64,000 bases of DNA from Marsupella aquatica (GCA_973895155.1 OZ316899.1:1-64000); one strand, 5' to 3'. Shown: positions 49,360 to 61,722, numbered from the stretch's first letter. The notes: generated by a model not told the origin, from the letters alone. Numbers and translations are program-made.

Positions 49360-50700
49360 CTAAATAGGAGACTCATGATATCGCTTAACCCGGAATCCAT
49401 TGATTCGGGTGTCAAGTGGGTGACCATCTAAGGTAGTCAAGGAAACCGAACCGTTATCCCAGATTTGGGTAACTCGATAAGGACCAATCCAATGGGTATG
49501 GAGTTTCCCAGGAAATAACATATAACAGGAATCAAAGACTAATGCTAAATCACCAACATCTAAATTCACGACTCGCAGCTTTTGATCATAAACAAGCTTA
49601 CGCTTGTTCTGAATTGTAGCTGTATGGTCTAACGCTAAAAGTCTAACTTCTTCTAATTTGACAATATCATAAAACCTATGTGGGAGACTAGCCGTTGGAG
49701 AGAGACGGTTGGATACCAAGAGTCGTTCTGTCGGGAAGGAGAATTCAATAGGAATAATACTGTCCAGGCCATAAGTCGGGTAGAAGGGAGTGTGAAGGGT
49801 TGTAATTTTCTCGGCAGTACGGTAAGCCCATAATGCAGAATGTAACTTCACATCCCAGTCTGTCTTGTGAGACTCTACTATCTTATTCAGGATCTTGCCC
49901 ACAATGCCATTAGCTCTTTCCGTTAAGCCATTAGCTCTGGGGTTGTAAGGAGTAGTTTTGCGATGCTTGATAAGATATGTGTTAGTAATTAACTCAATAG
50001 TTGAGTTAAGAAAATGCAAACCCCTATCGCTTACCAACTCCAAAGGACACCCGAACCGAGTAATAATGTGCTCAAAGAGAAATGCAGCAGTTGTTGTAGC
50101 ATCATTCTTGCGAGTGGCTTTAGCCTCCACCCATTTGGTGGCATAATCAGTGGCCAAAATAATGTATTTACTTCGGCTTTTTCAAGCTGCTGGTGAAATT
50201 GGGCCAATAAAATCAATACCCCATTTCTCAAATGGTGTCAAAGGCAGGATGGGCGTAAGAGGCCATTTGGAACTAGCAGTGGGTTTCCCTATTCTTTGAC
50301 AGGGGTCACACGTCTTAATAAAGTTGTAAGTATCTCTATGCATGGTAGGCCACCAGTACCCATCATCCAAAATTTTCTTTACAGTAGTATTGACAGCATA
50401 ATGGCCACGTGTTTCTCCAGAATGTAAAGCTTCAATTACTTGTGGGAGTTCCCTGTTCTCCAGACATCATCGCATCTTCTGATCAGGACCTTCTTTAAAC
50501 AAAGTGCCCTGGAGGATAGTATAAGGTCCCACCTTATGTGCAAAAACAGCTCGTTCTTCCGCATTAAGGCCTTCAGGAAAACTACCATGAATCAACATGT
50601 GCACAATATCAAAATACCGTGAAGACTCTCCTTCAATGTGCCACAAATGCTCATCTGGGAATTCATCAGAAAGATTATGCTGATTCTCTGGCCCGGGTAA
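49360..50700 (-). mobile_element. Ty3/Gypsy (Athila/Tat-related) pol remnant: H2C2 zinc finger plus integrase core, two in-frame stops, 5'-truncated
   Basis: LHSGETRGHY...GYWWPTMHRD...CDPCQR, FEKWGIDFIGP, ATDYATKWVEA, VSDRGLHF, TPYNPRANGLTER, GKLHTHWIGPY; no RT or RNase H upstream. Confidence 0.95.
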
Positions 50701-51308
50701 GATGCACGGGCATTGGGCAAGGTGAATCTTGTCAGAAGTTCACATTTGTTAGACTAGAACCATTGGGATGCACAAGCTTTGAGGTCTCCTAAGCAATCAC
50801 CAGTGCCTTTGATTTTGTCCCTAAACTAAGCAAAGTTCTCTTGTAGCATGTTAAGGGGAGCCCTCTACCTCTAAACCATGAGATCCTAAACTAACTTCAC
50901 TTGAGACATCTCTAGGTACGTAAATAGACAAACACTCATCAGGGAGGTCCAATTCTCAATTTCAGAGACAGTAGACATAGAAGTAGGCCCTATGGAGATA
51001 GATGAAATCAATAGAACTGAGAAACTAGTGGGGAGCAGGAAAACTACTCATACACAAATAGTCGCTTCCAAGTTGAAATTCCAAGTTTTAGAATAGAAAG
51101 AAAAGTGACTCTTCTATGGTAATAATGGATAGAAACCAAACAGAGATAAATAATAAGAAAAAAAACAACTAATGCAAAGATAAATTGAATTTAGGGTGAA
51201 ATGAATACAATGGGCATCATCATATATACGGGCATATATATCTCACAGCTTTATTCATTAGAATCCCCTGGGAACTCCACATGTACAGATTTTGACTTTG
51301 ATTCTTAT

Positions 51309-54300
51309 CTAACTGTAATTGTAATCAGTAAACATATCAAAGTGAATTCGCTCCGAGGTCGTGTTGTCCCTTTGATCAAGTGCAGCATATCGAGCTTCCC
51401 GGTCTTCATCTACTTGCTCTTGTCTTGCATGACACTGAGCCCATCTTCTCTTACTCATGTCATTCCTAAATGCCATTTGTCTCTCCTCTCTCTGTCCGGG
51501 GGTTTCCTCGACCATAATACCTTCCTCATTGTACAGTTTATACACACCAGGTCCTCGCTTGTCTGAAAGTTGTAATTCATCATCAATGTCCCCTTCTTCT
51601 AGGGATTGAGTAATGAGGTAGGACTTACTGACACCTGCAGCACTTCCCCATCTTAACATAGGCAGCTCACCTTTCAGAAACCCAGCTGCCACCATCAAAT
51701 TGTACATCCTAGCAGCCGAAGGCCCTGCTCGACTAAATAATTTCCACAAATCTAGACCACCATCCTCCATCTCTCCAGTAACTGAGATGCGGACATTTGC
51801 TTTCTTGCCTGACCTTCCCACAACTTCGTATAATGTTCTTGTGAAGCAGTACCATTTGAAATACCGAGGATCCTTGAGCATGTTGTTGTATGTTTCAATG
51901 TGATGGACACTCCACAACCATTTCTCGATCTGCTCCAAAAAACTTATCTGCTGATTTTTCCTGTAACTAGGTGTCATTAGTATCCGGATACTTGGATGGT
52001 GCTGCCAGATAGAAAAGTAAGTGGGGGTCGCTTCGTACATAACAGCTATTCCATCCTGTCCTTCTATTTGATCTCCCTCTTGCACTTGGTAATCCTGTGG
52101 TGGATCATGATATCCCCAAAGCAAAGCGGGACCAAAGTACTTCCCAATATTATAATTATACACACCTAGCTCTAACCATGTAATAACTACTTCCGTGGGA
52201 GTCACTGCTTCCCAATAACTACTTTTCTCCAAGTGAACCAAAGATACATCTTCGGGGTTAAAGGGGTATACATCATTTCTAAAGTAACCCCCTTGACGAG
52301 CCACCACCGCTGGGTCACGCCTCAATTCATAAAAGAACCTCATTGCCAAGTGACTAAGCTCAGGTGCAATTGGTAGATTGAAACTCATCCAATCATCAGA
52401 TACTACTATGTCAGAGGTGAAAAATGGGTTGAATGCGACAGTAACCCCGTCCCTCTCCATCTTCTTCCACTGGGCAGCCTCCAAAAATGTGATGAGTCGG
52501 GGAAGTGTATACTTCCCACAATTGATCCGTACTTCCCGAGCAGCCCACGTTTTCAATATCAAGGGCAACAACTCATATAACTTACTATAAACATCTAGAC
52601 AACATTTTCTCTGGTTATCCCTATGTGCTAATCCCTCATGAACCATATTAGCCATTGCTTTAAGTGCAATAAAAGTTTCATTTTGAGGATGCTCCCTTTC
52701 TAATTCCGACAGCATGAATTGAGCTATTCGACTGTTAGCCCGACCTCCTAATCTATAAGACAAATCCTCAGGTAATTGTACATTAATATGTCCAGACCAC
52801 TCAAAAAAAGGCAGCATGAATCTAATCCTTATGGGGACTTCATCCCAAATCTGATCCCAATCTCCAGGTCTGATGTCCCTTTTATTTACCTCTGCACTAG
52901 CCAAAATTATCCGAAGGGTTTCTAGTCCGAGGGCTTCATCAACCTCAATCGGATGCCAACCATCACTCTGCTCTCCAGACATTGTGGTCCAGTGGTTGAT
53001 GCTGATCTTTTTCAGGATCTCAACTCGTTGTTTGTTTATTGGGTCTTTCAAAGCCCCATCCAATAACTTGGTGGCTTTCTTTGCTTCATCTCTCAACTCT
53101 TGCACTCGAAGTTCCCAAGCATCATAAGCATGTCGTGGTATCCGAACATCCTTAGAATTACATTGCACCAACTCTCGCTGGGCTATTTCACCCAACCACT
53201 TCTTTCTCTCCTTCTCTCTCTGCTTGGCACTTAATTCCAATGTTCGGATATACTCCACCCTCTCCAGGTTTTGCTGCTCCAACTTTTGTAACGCTTCAAA
53301 AGTCAGTGTGAGCTGCTGGGTAGTTTCTTTTAGCGACTTCTCTATCACTGTTATCATCTGAGAGGTATGACCTGCACATTGAGAGTGAGTATGGCGCACT
53401 TTAGCAAATTCATCTTCTAATTGCAGCCGCTTCTCCTTTTCTTCTTCATATTGGCCTGAAGCCTCCTTGCTCGCTTTTTGGGCCTCCTTCAATTGTGCAT
53501 TCAACTCTCTGCCCTCTTCTTCAAAGGCAGCTACATACCGACTCAATTCTTCTGCCTTTGTGGTATTCTGAGCGTGTTGCTTCTCTGCTTCCTTCCGGAC
53601 AGTTGTCACTTCCTCTATCAGCAAAGTAATCCTTGCCTCTTTTTCTTGGGACTTCATCTCCTGCTCATGCAACATTTGTTCTCGTATCTCCACCTTCTCA
53701 TTGAGGAGTCTCACCATCTCCTTGTTTTCCTTCAGCAAACTCTCCAACTTCTCAATCCTCTCTTGGAGCTTAAGGTTGGTGTTGGCACTTATGAACAGAT
53801 CTTCTTCCTGCTGCTTTGCCTTTTCTCTCTCTCTTACCCCAGTTTCTGCTTCGAGTGCACAAATGTGGGCCAACCCGCACACTTCCTTGGCTTGATGTAA
53901 CCACAAACGCTTGTCACTTCCTACAGGGAAGGGTCGATTAATAAACTTCATCCTCTGCTCAAAGGAGGTGAGTTCAGACAGAACAACATTTGATAACAAC
54001 TCTGTCAACACTGGTTGATGGTATACATAATCAGATTGGGCAGTGGATGTCATAGCTTCTTCTTCCTCTTCGACCGGGATTATCACTCTCCTTTTCTTTC
54101 TTTTCAAGGACTTAACACACGCATTCCCCTTTATCCTCAATGTGCGTAATCCTTGTGCGCCTTCTTCATCAGAATTGTCCACTTCATCTGCACTGCTTGA
54201 GACCAGGCCCGAGACCAGGGATCCATTTGGGGCATAGAGTCTCGGATTATCTTCTTCCCCATCCTCGCTCTCCGACTCCTCCTTTTCTTCTTCCTCCTGG

Positions 54301-55046
54301 TTTGCCTCCTCTCGCTCCTCTGAATCGCTGTCCTGCAAGGAGATTATTGTGACCGCGGTTGTGATCCTATCGGCAGTGAGGGCGTGGTCCATCACTACGC
54401 TTAATACATATGCACAAATTGACGGAAACAATGGTAGCCCCTTCCTGGTTATAACACTTGCAAGGTTGCGCTTCCATATCAGCAATGGGTGAAGAGTTCC
54501 ATCTAATACTCTCTTGGCAACTGATAGTTGCTCTGGCGTTACATAATGGTACCCACTCTTGAGGATTACCCATTTAGTAAAGAACTCCACATACTTGCGG
54601 ACCTCTTGGTTTGTCATAACGCCATATTGGACCTTCTTCTCATGCTGGAGCTCTCCTCCTTGTTTTAGGAAGGCACTCATCTCTCTTCCCGTAAGTGCCT
54701 CAATTGGATAGTCAGCTGGTAGGCTGTCTGGGGCGAAAATCCCAAACAAAGTCGCTAATTCCTTGTTGGGGATGCGGTAGGCTTGTGCTCTGTATGTGAT
54801 AAACACTCCAGTATCTGCAAAATTGACATCCACAATATCTTTGTAAAGCTGACAAGCACGATCAATTGATACAAACCTATCAATTCGGACAAGCCCATAG
54901 CATCGAGCCCTTTCAAATATCTCTTTGTATTCTTCAATGAAAGCCACCTCAGAGATTGAGTTCCTCAATCTTTCTTCTGGAGTTGATCGAGGTTGTTTAT
55001 TTTTGGCTGGAGGGACCTCTACTCGGGTTTGATTTGGAGATGTCAT
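51309..55046 (-). CDS. Intact 1245-aa ORF: plant-transposon-type N-terminal domain, acidic linker, long coiled coil, unknown C-terminal domain
   Basis: Uninterrupted 3.7-kb frame; N-terminus GLVRID...LYKDI...IPNKELATLFGI resembles the other two TE-type ORFs; heptad-rich E/K/Q/L region at ~aa 400-650. Confidence 0.8.
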   Translation of the reverse strand: MTSPNQTRVEVPPAKNKQPRSTPEERLRNSISEVAFIEEYKEIFERARCYGLVRIDRFVSIDRACQLYKDIVDVNFADTGVFITYRAQAYRIPNKELATLFGIFAPDSLPADYPIEALTGREMSAFLKQGGELQHEKKVQYGVMTNQEVRKYVEFFTKWVILKSGYHYVTPEQLSVAKRVLDGTLHPLLIWKRNLASVITRKGLPLFPSICAYVLSVVMDHALTADRITTAVTIISLQDSDSEEREEANQEEEEKEESESEDGEEDNPRLYAPNGSLVSGLVSSSADEVDNSDEEGAQGLRTLRIKGNACVKSLKRKKRRVIIPVEEEEEAMTSTAQSDYVYHQPVLTELLSNVVLSELTSFEQRMKFINRPFPVGSDKRLWLHQAKEVCGLAHICALEAETGVREREKAKQQEEDLFISANTNLKLQERIEKLESLLKENKEMVRLLNEKVEIREQMLHEQEMKSQEKEARITLLIEEVTTVRKEAEKQHAQNTTKAEELSRYVAAFEEEGRELNAQLKEAQKASKEASGQYEEEKEKRLQLEDEFAKVRHTHSQCAGHTSQMITVIEKSLKETTQQLTLTFEALQKLEQQNLERVEYIRTLELSAKQREKERKKWLGEIAQRELVQCNSKDVRIPRHAYDAWELRVQELRDEAKKATKLLDGALKDPINKQRVEILKKISINHWTTMSGEQSDGWHPIEVDEALGLETLRIILASAEVNKRDIRPGDWDQIWDEVPIRIRFMLPFFEWSGHINVQLPEDLSYRLGGRANSRIAQFMLSELEREHPQNETFIALKAMANMVHEGLAHRDNQRKCCLDVYSKLYELLPLILKTWAAREVRINCGKYTLPRLITFLEAAQWKKMERDGVTVAFNPFFTSDIVVSDDWMSFNLPIAPELSHLAMRFFYELRRDPAVVARQGGYFRNDVYPFNPEDVSLVHLEKSSYWEAVTPTEVVITWLELGVYNYNIGKYFGPALLWGYHDPPQDYQVQEGDQIEGQDGIAVMYEATPTYFSIWQHHPSIRILMTPSYRKNQQISFLEQIEKWLWSVHHIETYNNMLKDPRYFKWYCFTRTLYEVVGRSGKKANVRISVTGEMEDGGLDLWKLFSRAGPSAARMYNLMVAAGFLKGELPMLRWGSAAGVSKSYLITQSLEEGDIDDELQLSDKRGPGVYKLYNEEGIMVEETPGQREERQMAFRNDMSKRRWAQCHARQEQVDEDREARYAALDQRDNTTSERIHFDMFTDYNYS

Positions 55047-55082
55047 TGTGAAATCTTTACAAATGAAGGTAGTTCAGTCAAC

Positions 55083-55454
55083 TTATCCACTTCGCAAACA
55101 TTCGGAACATCCTTCTTTCCTAAAGATTTCAATGGGGCGCTCGCACTGTGAAAACTCTAATATACTTGGCAAACATGTTGGTCTCATAGATTGAAGTGGT
55201 TTCAACAATGGCACGGTCAATTGAATAGCGGACGGTGGTCTTAGTGTCTTAGTGCCTTTCCTTTTATGGTGCTTGAATCCTCTTCCTCCTACGTCTTGGA
55301 GCAATAGCTTCCCTTGTTCCACTTCCTTCTGTATCCAAGCAATGATGACTCTTCTTCTCTTGAATGGAGACTGAGGGTACAATCCCTCTTGTGATGATAT
55401 TCGCTTGAATGGAGAGGGTACAATCCTGACACTGTTCATTTTCTTGTCGGCCAC
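55083..55454 (-). CDS. Small basic ORF immediately upstream of the 1245-aa ORF, function unknown
   Basis: 123-aa frame ending 37 bp before the long ORF; no recognisable domain. Confidence 0.2.
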   Translation of the reverse strand: MADKKMNSVRIVPSPFKRISSQEGLYPQSPFKRRRVIIAWIQKEVEQGKLLLQDVGGRGFKHHKRKGTKTLRPPSAIQLTVPLLKPLQSMRPTCLPSILEFSQCERPIEIFRKEGCSECLRSG

Positions 55455-56544
55455 CCTTTTGTCCTATATCTCATGAAGTTGGGTACACCCCACACAACGT
55501 ACAAACCGTTAAAAGTTTCTGACAGTTAACCTAGTTGTACTTAGACAATACTTTAATATATAAATCATGACTTGTTAATCATTAATTATGCTTTATTATC
55601 TCTCTTTGCAACACTATTAGGGGGTCACACATTACACACAACTTATAAAAAAGGAGATTGAACTAAAAAAGAACAAACTATATGACCAAAGGATAGACTC
55701 TCAATCTAGGGGATCTTTCCGCAAGCCACCTAATCTAGAATAGTTTTCATTACTTAGATAGTTTGCACTACTATATATTATTCATAACTATATTATATCT
55801 CAAATATATGTTTCATGAAGAAGTGTGTTATAATTCCACTCCTCTCAATTAGTTGTTTATTTTAATATATGTACTAGAAAGCTTAATTTCTACTCAATTA
55901 GTAGTTTAATGTATGCTAGCATAACATTATGGACCATATTAGACTCTCAAAACTCAAGCTAAAAGCCCTTATTTTCCTGGTCATATATTATGCAGAAGAT
56001 TGCAAAAATCACATCACTTTGGATGAGGTAATTAATTTCTCCTATATTTTCACTAAAATTTGTAAAATTATCTTATCATAACAATCTACGATACCATAAA
56101 AATTTTGACCATAAATAATAGCCTTTGACAACTTGAGTTAGAGTAAATATTACATACATTAATTATACTCAAACAAGGCCTAAAAAATGTAACTAGGGGG
56201 CCCACGAACTAATTCCAAATACTCTTTTAGCTCCAATGCACTATCTTTAAAATTTGAAATATTATGGTATCTCCTCAAAACAACAAGCTGTAAGACTCTA
56301 ATGCATATACTGAAATCTCTTGTTTAGACTCTATTAGGGCATCAAAGCCCAGCCGTAACTCAGTTATAGCTTAGGACATAAATCACTTTTATGGCCTGGA
56401 AGTAACTTCTTATGGGGTACCTACAAAGGTGCCCCGCAAGTCTCATACATCATAAAGTTTTATGTCCGTAGGGTGAAGACCATCTGTTTTAAGAGAAGTC
56501 GCCCCGGCACTAGTCACTAGTGCAAAGCCTACCCGGCATAAGTG

Positions 56545-56770
56545 GCCCCTACGATGATCCCAATGATGGAATGAGGGGTGAACTGAGTGTATTTTCCCCA
56601 CTCACGAATTTGGGCAGCTCCTCTGAAATTCTTGATGAAATCCATCTGGGCATCACACTTAGGTCCACATTCATCAATATCGTTGTTGTTTGTCCTGAAT
56701 TCGTAGTCAATGCACTATTGGGGTGAGGAAGAGATTCCCTCCAATCTTATTTAATGATGAGAGCCGCATA
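56545..56770 (-). pseudogene. VSR: Vacuolar sorting receptor internal fragment
   Basis: DWRESLPHP then [11 protein letters not shown]...[22 protein letters not shown]...YTQFTPH matches the VSR motif DWRE.LPHP...YE.WTNSNDECG.KCD.Q..F.KNFKGAAQILEKGG.TQFTPH. Confidence 0.85.
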
Positions 56771-57973
56771 GGTGACGGCGAGCAAGCTCACCGACATGGC
56801 TGCTACGTCGAGCTGTGAATTGTGGTGATGGATGGTTGTCTCCCAAAATTGTTCTACAGGCACTCTCGAGCAAGGAATTCTTCTAATTGTTTGCTACTTG
56901 TTCTTCCATATTACATGAATTTAGTTTTGACAAAGAACAAACAGTTCTGAAACCGAGATTCTACGGGGAATAGAAATTGCTTGCTCTTGGATGTCCTTTG
57001 CTCATTTTAACAGACTTTCAAACAATGGATTTGATTTTAGAAGTATGTTGGTGACAAATCCCCACATGTAACAATCTATTGCACATCACATGAAACTAAA
57101 ATGCTAATCTCTGTGCAAGCGCAATTGAACAACTACTGTTTTTTACTCATCTGTACTTCAATGTTGGTGTCTCTATTAGCTTTGAGTGCTTAATTTCAGA
57201 GTCTCTCTTAGCTTTGAGTGCAGAATTGTGACTACGCCCCTGTCGAAATAGTTTCGAGGCGCTCAATTGTCTCAGAAGTTATTAAATTCCTAGGTTCAAC
57301 ACAGTGGCAAAAGTTACGACGATGCGCCGTCCAAATTTCTGCTGTTCTGATTCTGGCCAACGCTTTCTATTCTGGATTTGATTGCCACTACATTTACTTT
57401 GTTGCTAAGACCAAAAATCTCTCTTGAAGACTCATTGACAGCCTGCGATGGTGATGACACCTGCAACTTTGTCACCATCCTTAAGATTCTTTTCTACCCC
57501 ATAACTAGTTCTTACAGGACGTGTCAAAGTACCTGATCAACTTCTGCCCTTAAAATTCCCGTAACTTTGTTTTACGGCTATTTGAAAGAGGGACTGACAG
57601 TGGACAGGGCTTATGGCTGTGTTTTGACACGCCCTATTGGCACTCTTGTTTGGTACTCTCATCCGAAGAGATCTAGTACAAAAGTTTATGGCTTTCTATG
57701 TCACTTCCCGATCAAATTTGTTCATTGCTCTGACTTGCATCATTCAATTTAAACTGTGTATTCAACTTAAATGAACATCAGGACATGGAACACATTATTT
57801 ACAATAATGTTGCACAAGCACACAACCAAGAATGTGTGTCCAGACCAACTTATAACACTAAGTTCTCTCAAAGATCAGCCAAAAATCTTCAAATGAATGT
57901 AATTAATCTCCAAAATGTAGTTCAATAGCTGTCCTCTAGACTAACAGGCCCTTTCTTAATCTTGGCCAGTTGG

Positions 57974-57975
<2 letters not shown>

Positions 57976-58030
<55 letters not shown>
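57976..58030. repeat. (CT)n microsatellite
   Basis: Seen directly. Confidence 0.97.
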
Positions 58031-58033
<3 letters not shown>

Positions 58034-58334
58034 TGAAGCCATTGTCGACAACTTAACTAGAAGGAAGAGATTTTTGTCCACTTATCAGTCATTTGCAAGC
58101 CAATCTCTTCATCACTAACGATGAAGGTAGGGATTTTCTGATTGCTCAATGAATGAATGAGGGGGTCTCAACCTTCCTTTGACCCTAAATGCATGCTCCC
58201 TTCCTCCTCTTCCACAAACTTTGCTTTCATCTCCCTCATCCATCCGTACTTGCACGACCATGAGAAATTTCACTCCTTGGTGGCATTCACTCATTCGAGG
58301 CTTGACACAGGGTATGGTCCCGCCCTATGGTCCT

Positions 58335-61300
58335 TTAATCCTTTAAATCTTTTGTTTGAAGGTTTCGCCACTTGTCTTTCAGATCAATCTGTGTCAAAGT
58401 CAATAAAACATGATAGATGAGCATGCAATTTGTTTTGTGTGCAAGGGTAAATACAGTAATACAAAAAGCAGGATATAACCGTAGAAGACTTACTTCAGAC
58501 CGGTCAATGAAGTGTGCACCCTCGGCAGCAAGAATTCGACTCCACTTGCCTGGTCCAAACCTGAAATTAACCTTGGCTTAGAAAACCTCTTGTTCTTAGA
58601 GAAAAACACCAATTAATACCAGCTAGGTAAGATATTACGTCAATGCATTTTGATTGATAAGTCATAGGTTCTCTACTTGCCTGCGGACTGCCTGTTTGAG
58701 ACAATTTGTTTCCTCTTTAGACCACCTTTTAGTTGCCCTACGAACACGTATTAGACCATTGGGGCCTTCTTTCATGACTGCCCGGGTGATCAATTTGGAA
58801 TTTTGTATTCCAATACAATCTTGATGCAGCCTCAACCTCTTAGATGACGGGCTGGACGTATCCTCCTTCCCTGGGCCCTGCAAAGACATCCAATTTGTAA
58901 TACTCCAGCAAGGATTGCAAACATTACAAAATACAGTACATCTTCCATACTGTACAAGATAGATGTTGTTGTCACCAATGATTAAAAACAAGAAGTTTCC
59001 TGCGGACCACCTCACCTTGGCACTCGAAGTTGCTAGATTGCCCTCCTCTGCTTTGTCTTTGGATTGGAACGGGGTGATTAGGGATCGAGAAGGAGGATTT
59101 AGCAAATCTGTAATTCGTTTTCTCCCTAAGTTCTTCCCCATATCACAAATGCCTTTGTAATTCTCACTCTGTGGGGCTGGAAGCTCAACTAATCTCTGTG
59201 CTTCCGGATGAATTAGGTGTTGGACTTCATTTGATGATTGTTGCATTTTGCTAGTAGTAATTCCTCTGTTGAGCATATTAACCTCTGTGCTCACCTCTGT
59301 CACAAAAAAAACACCACATTAGAGACTTCAATTCTCCATCAACAGCACATACAAAGACCTAGGAGTCTGAAACTACTCTATACACTATCAATCTGAACTA
59401 ATCAATGCTAGTTCTAGTGCAATTTTGGTCAAACTGTAAGACTACATATGAGTTGAACTATGACATTGGTGAGCACTACATACCATACACTGGTTGGGAG
59501 GATGCCTGCTTTGGCAACAATACAGGCGCCATGATCTGCTGGTTGGCCACCTCCAAAGGAGCTCCTTCATTCTCATCTATCAAATTCTCTTTACCTGTTC
59601 CAATCTCCACCCGCCTTTTTCTATAGTGATCCAATTTAGACTGCAAATACAACCATCCAATTAACGGAAATTATATTTCTCCACCACAATATGTATATTC
59701 ACAATGACTTGCAGCAAACAACAAATCAGTCCCAACTTTTTACCAAATCTGATAGCTAGTGAGAGAAGACAAGGCCCAAACATTGTTAAAACAATGCATC
59801 TGTCTCCTAGCCTGTGAGTGCGGGACAAAACCAATGGAAAAATCCCAAACTTTTTGTGCACCACTCCATCGAGCGGTGCAAATTAAACCAACTATTTAAT
59901 AAGACATTTAAGAAAACAATCCTTTGGAGGAGGAGGGGAAGGGAGAGAATCATGAGCTAAGTTACCCAAGGTTGATCCAAATAAATACCTGAAGCTCAAC
60001 TCGGACTTCCTCGGCAACACTTTCATACTTGTCTTTCAAAGTATCCACATCCCTACGAACTGCGGCCAAGGTGGTCACCATCATTTCATTCCTCTGTAGG
60101 AGTAGCTCCAACTTGACACCTATTGTGTTGTTTGCCTCTACTTGCATCCTCAAGTTGGTCAGTATTGTTTCGTTCCTCTCTGTCTGTAACTCCAAGGTGG
60201 TTGTCATCTTCTCATTCCAGTCTTTCTGGCGCTCTTTCTCTATTTTCAACTCACCTACAACCTCCATCAAGCACAGGCATGATGTACAACAAGATCTGAC
60301 TGTTTTTGAAGCTTCTGAAATGCTCAAGGGGAATACATTCTTTAGTGTGAATATGTCAGAGTGCTCCAGCAACTCCGTACCAGTTGTTGTCAACTCGATA
60401 CCAAATTTTGTCTTCAATTTTTCCTGTTCTCTATCCTCTGTTCCAGGTGTTGCTTCCGCTTCGCCCAATGTCTTCCCTGATATTTCATGTTCTTTACCCC
60501 CCGACAGAGGTTCTGTCTCTTGAAGACTCAATGTCTTCATGGACGTTGCATGATCTTTGTGGATTATCCCAACCTTTGTCACCATCTCATTGTCACAAGC
60601 TCGATTGAACAAAGAACCATCTTGGTGTCCGTTCACAAAAGAACCATCTTGCTGACCTTGCGGCTCTGCTCCACTAGTTGAGAATAGCCCGAGAAGTCCT
60701 CCACTGCTACATGGATCACCCTCATGCACACTAGAAACAACAGTTCCTTTCGCATGTCCTGACATTGCATCATCGTCGTTCACAATTTGCAGATGCATTG
60801 TGAGATGTTTTTGTCCTGTGCAGTTCTCCTCCATCCCGTGGTTTTCCACTCCATGATGCTCCACACCCACTTGAGTAGATGTTTTCCAATGGAATACTTG
60901 TGGCCTTGGCAAAGACACAATTGAAGGGGACTTCTCACTCAACAGAATTTGCAGATGGGATCCAAAATTGTAAGTGCAAGTCATGTTACCTTCGGAGATT
61001 TGTTTCCGGGCTCTGCAGAGGAGGTCGATCAGTCTCCCGCCAAGATATTCTCCCCAATTCTTCCTACTACTTGTTTCTTCAACTTGCTTTATCTGGCACA
61101 AAGACACATCGGCCCTGCTCCCCTTAAAGTGAAGAGCCCCCAATTGAAACTCTAGCCTCTCTCTGATTAGGGAATCTTTGCAATATTGCAATGAGTAAGA
61201 ACCATTGCTGTTCCTTTTAATCCCTGCGAATGACCTTGGATTATATCGAACTGCTTTTTGCTCAAATGGCTCCCCTGACCCTTGCAACTTGAATGTCTTC

Positions 61301-61551
61301 TTGATAGAATCCAAACTCAAGTCTATTCTTCCCCCACAAACCCATGTTTCAGATTGTTCACTGTCAAAGTTCCGGATGAAATCTATCATGTCAGACTTAG
61401 AATGACTCTTAGTGTCCCAACGAACTCCCAAAACAAAATCTGCAAGCCCATTGTGCTGAAGATATTCTGAATGTCGCGCTTGACACAATGTCGTCACCAC
61501 AAGTGGTGGGATAAAATAGAATGTTGGCATCGCCATAGGCTTGGAAGACAT
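58335..61551 (-). CDS. Six-exon gene (~772 aa): transposon-type N-terminal domain + coiled coil + C-terminal telobox Myb (TRF-like)
   Basis: Exons 61551-59989, 59640-59484, 59296-59016, 58877-58681, 58560-58494 and 58388-58335 join in frame (one GC-AG intron) to give ...RWSKEETNCLKQAVRRFGPGKWSRILAAEGAHFIDRSEIDLKDKWRNLQTKDLKD*. Confidence 0.85.
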
Positions 61552-61722
61552 CGTTGTCCCTTCTTCCCACTAGTAGGCATGTACACCAAACCTCTGGTGG
61601 CACACTATCTTGGTTTGATATCAGTTTGATATGTAGACAAATGTCATGCTAGACTGTGGTGACAATGAGAATGGTCGTGCTCCCCAGGTTCTTACAATAG
61701 TCTACGAGCCCATTACAATAGT

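Noticed and set aside
44160-56330. Intact LTR retrotransposon
   Set aside because: No matching LTR pair, PBS or RT/RNase H found, and domain order is scrambled; only remnants are called.
56507-56523. GCACTAGTCACTAGTGC palindrome as a CACTA footprint or Helitron hairpin
   Set aside because: Too short, with no TSD or partner terminus identified.
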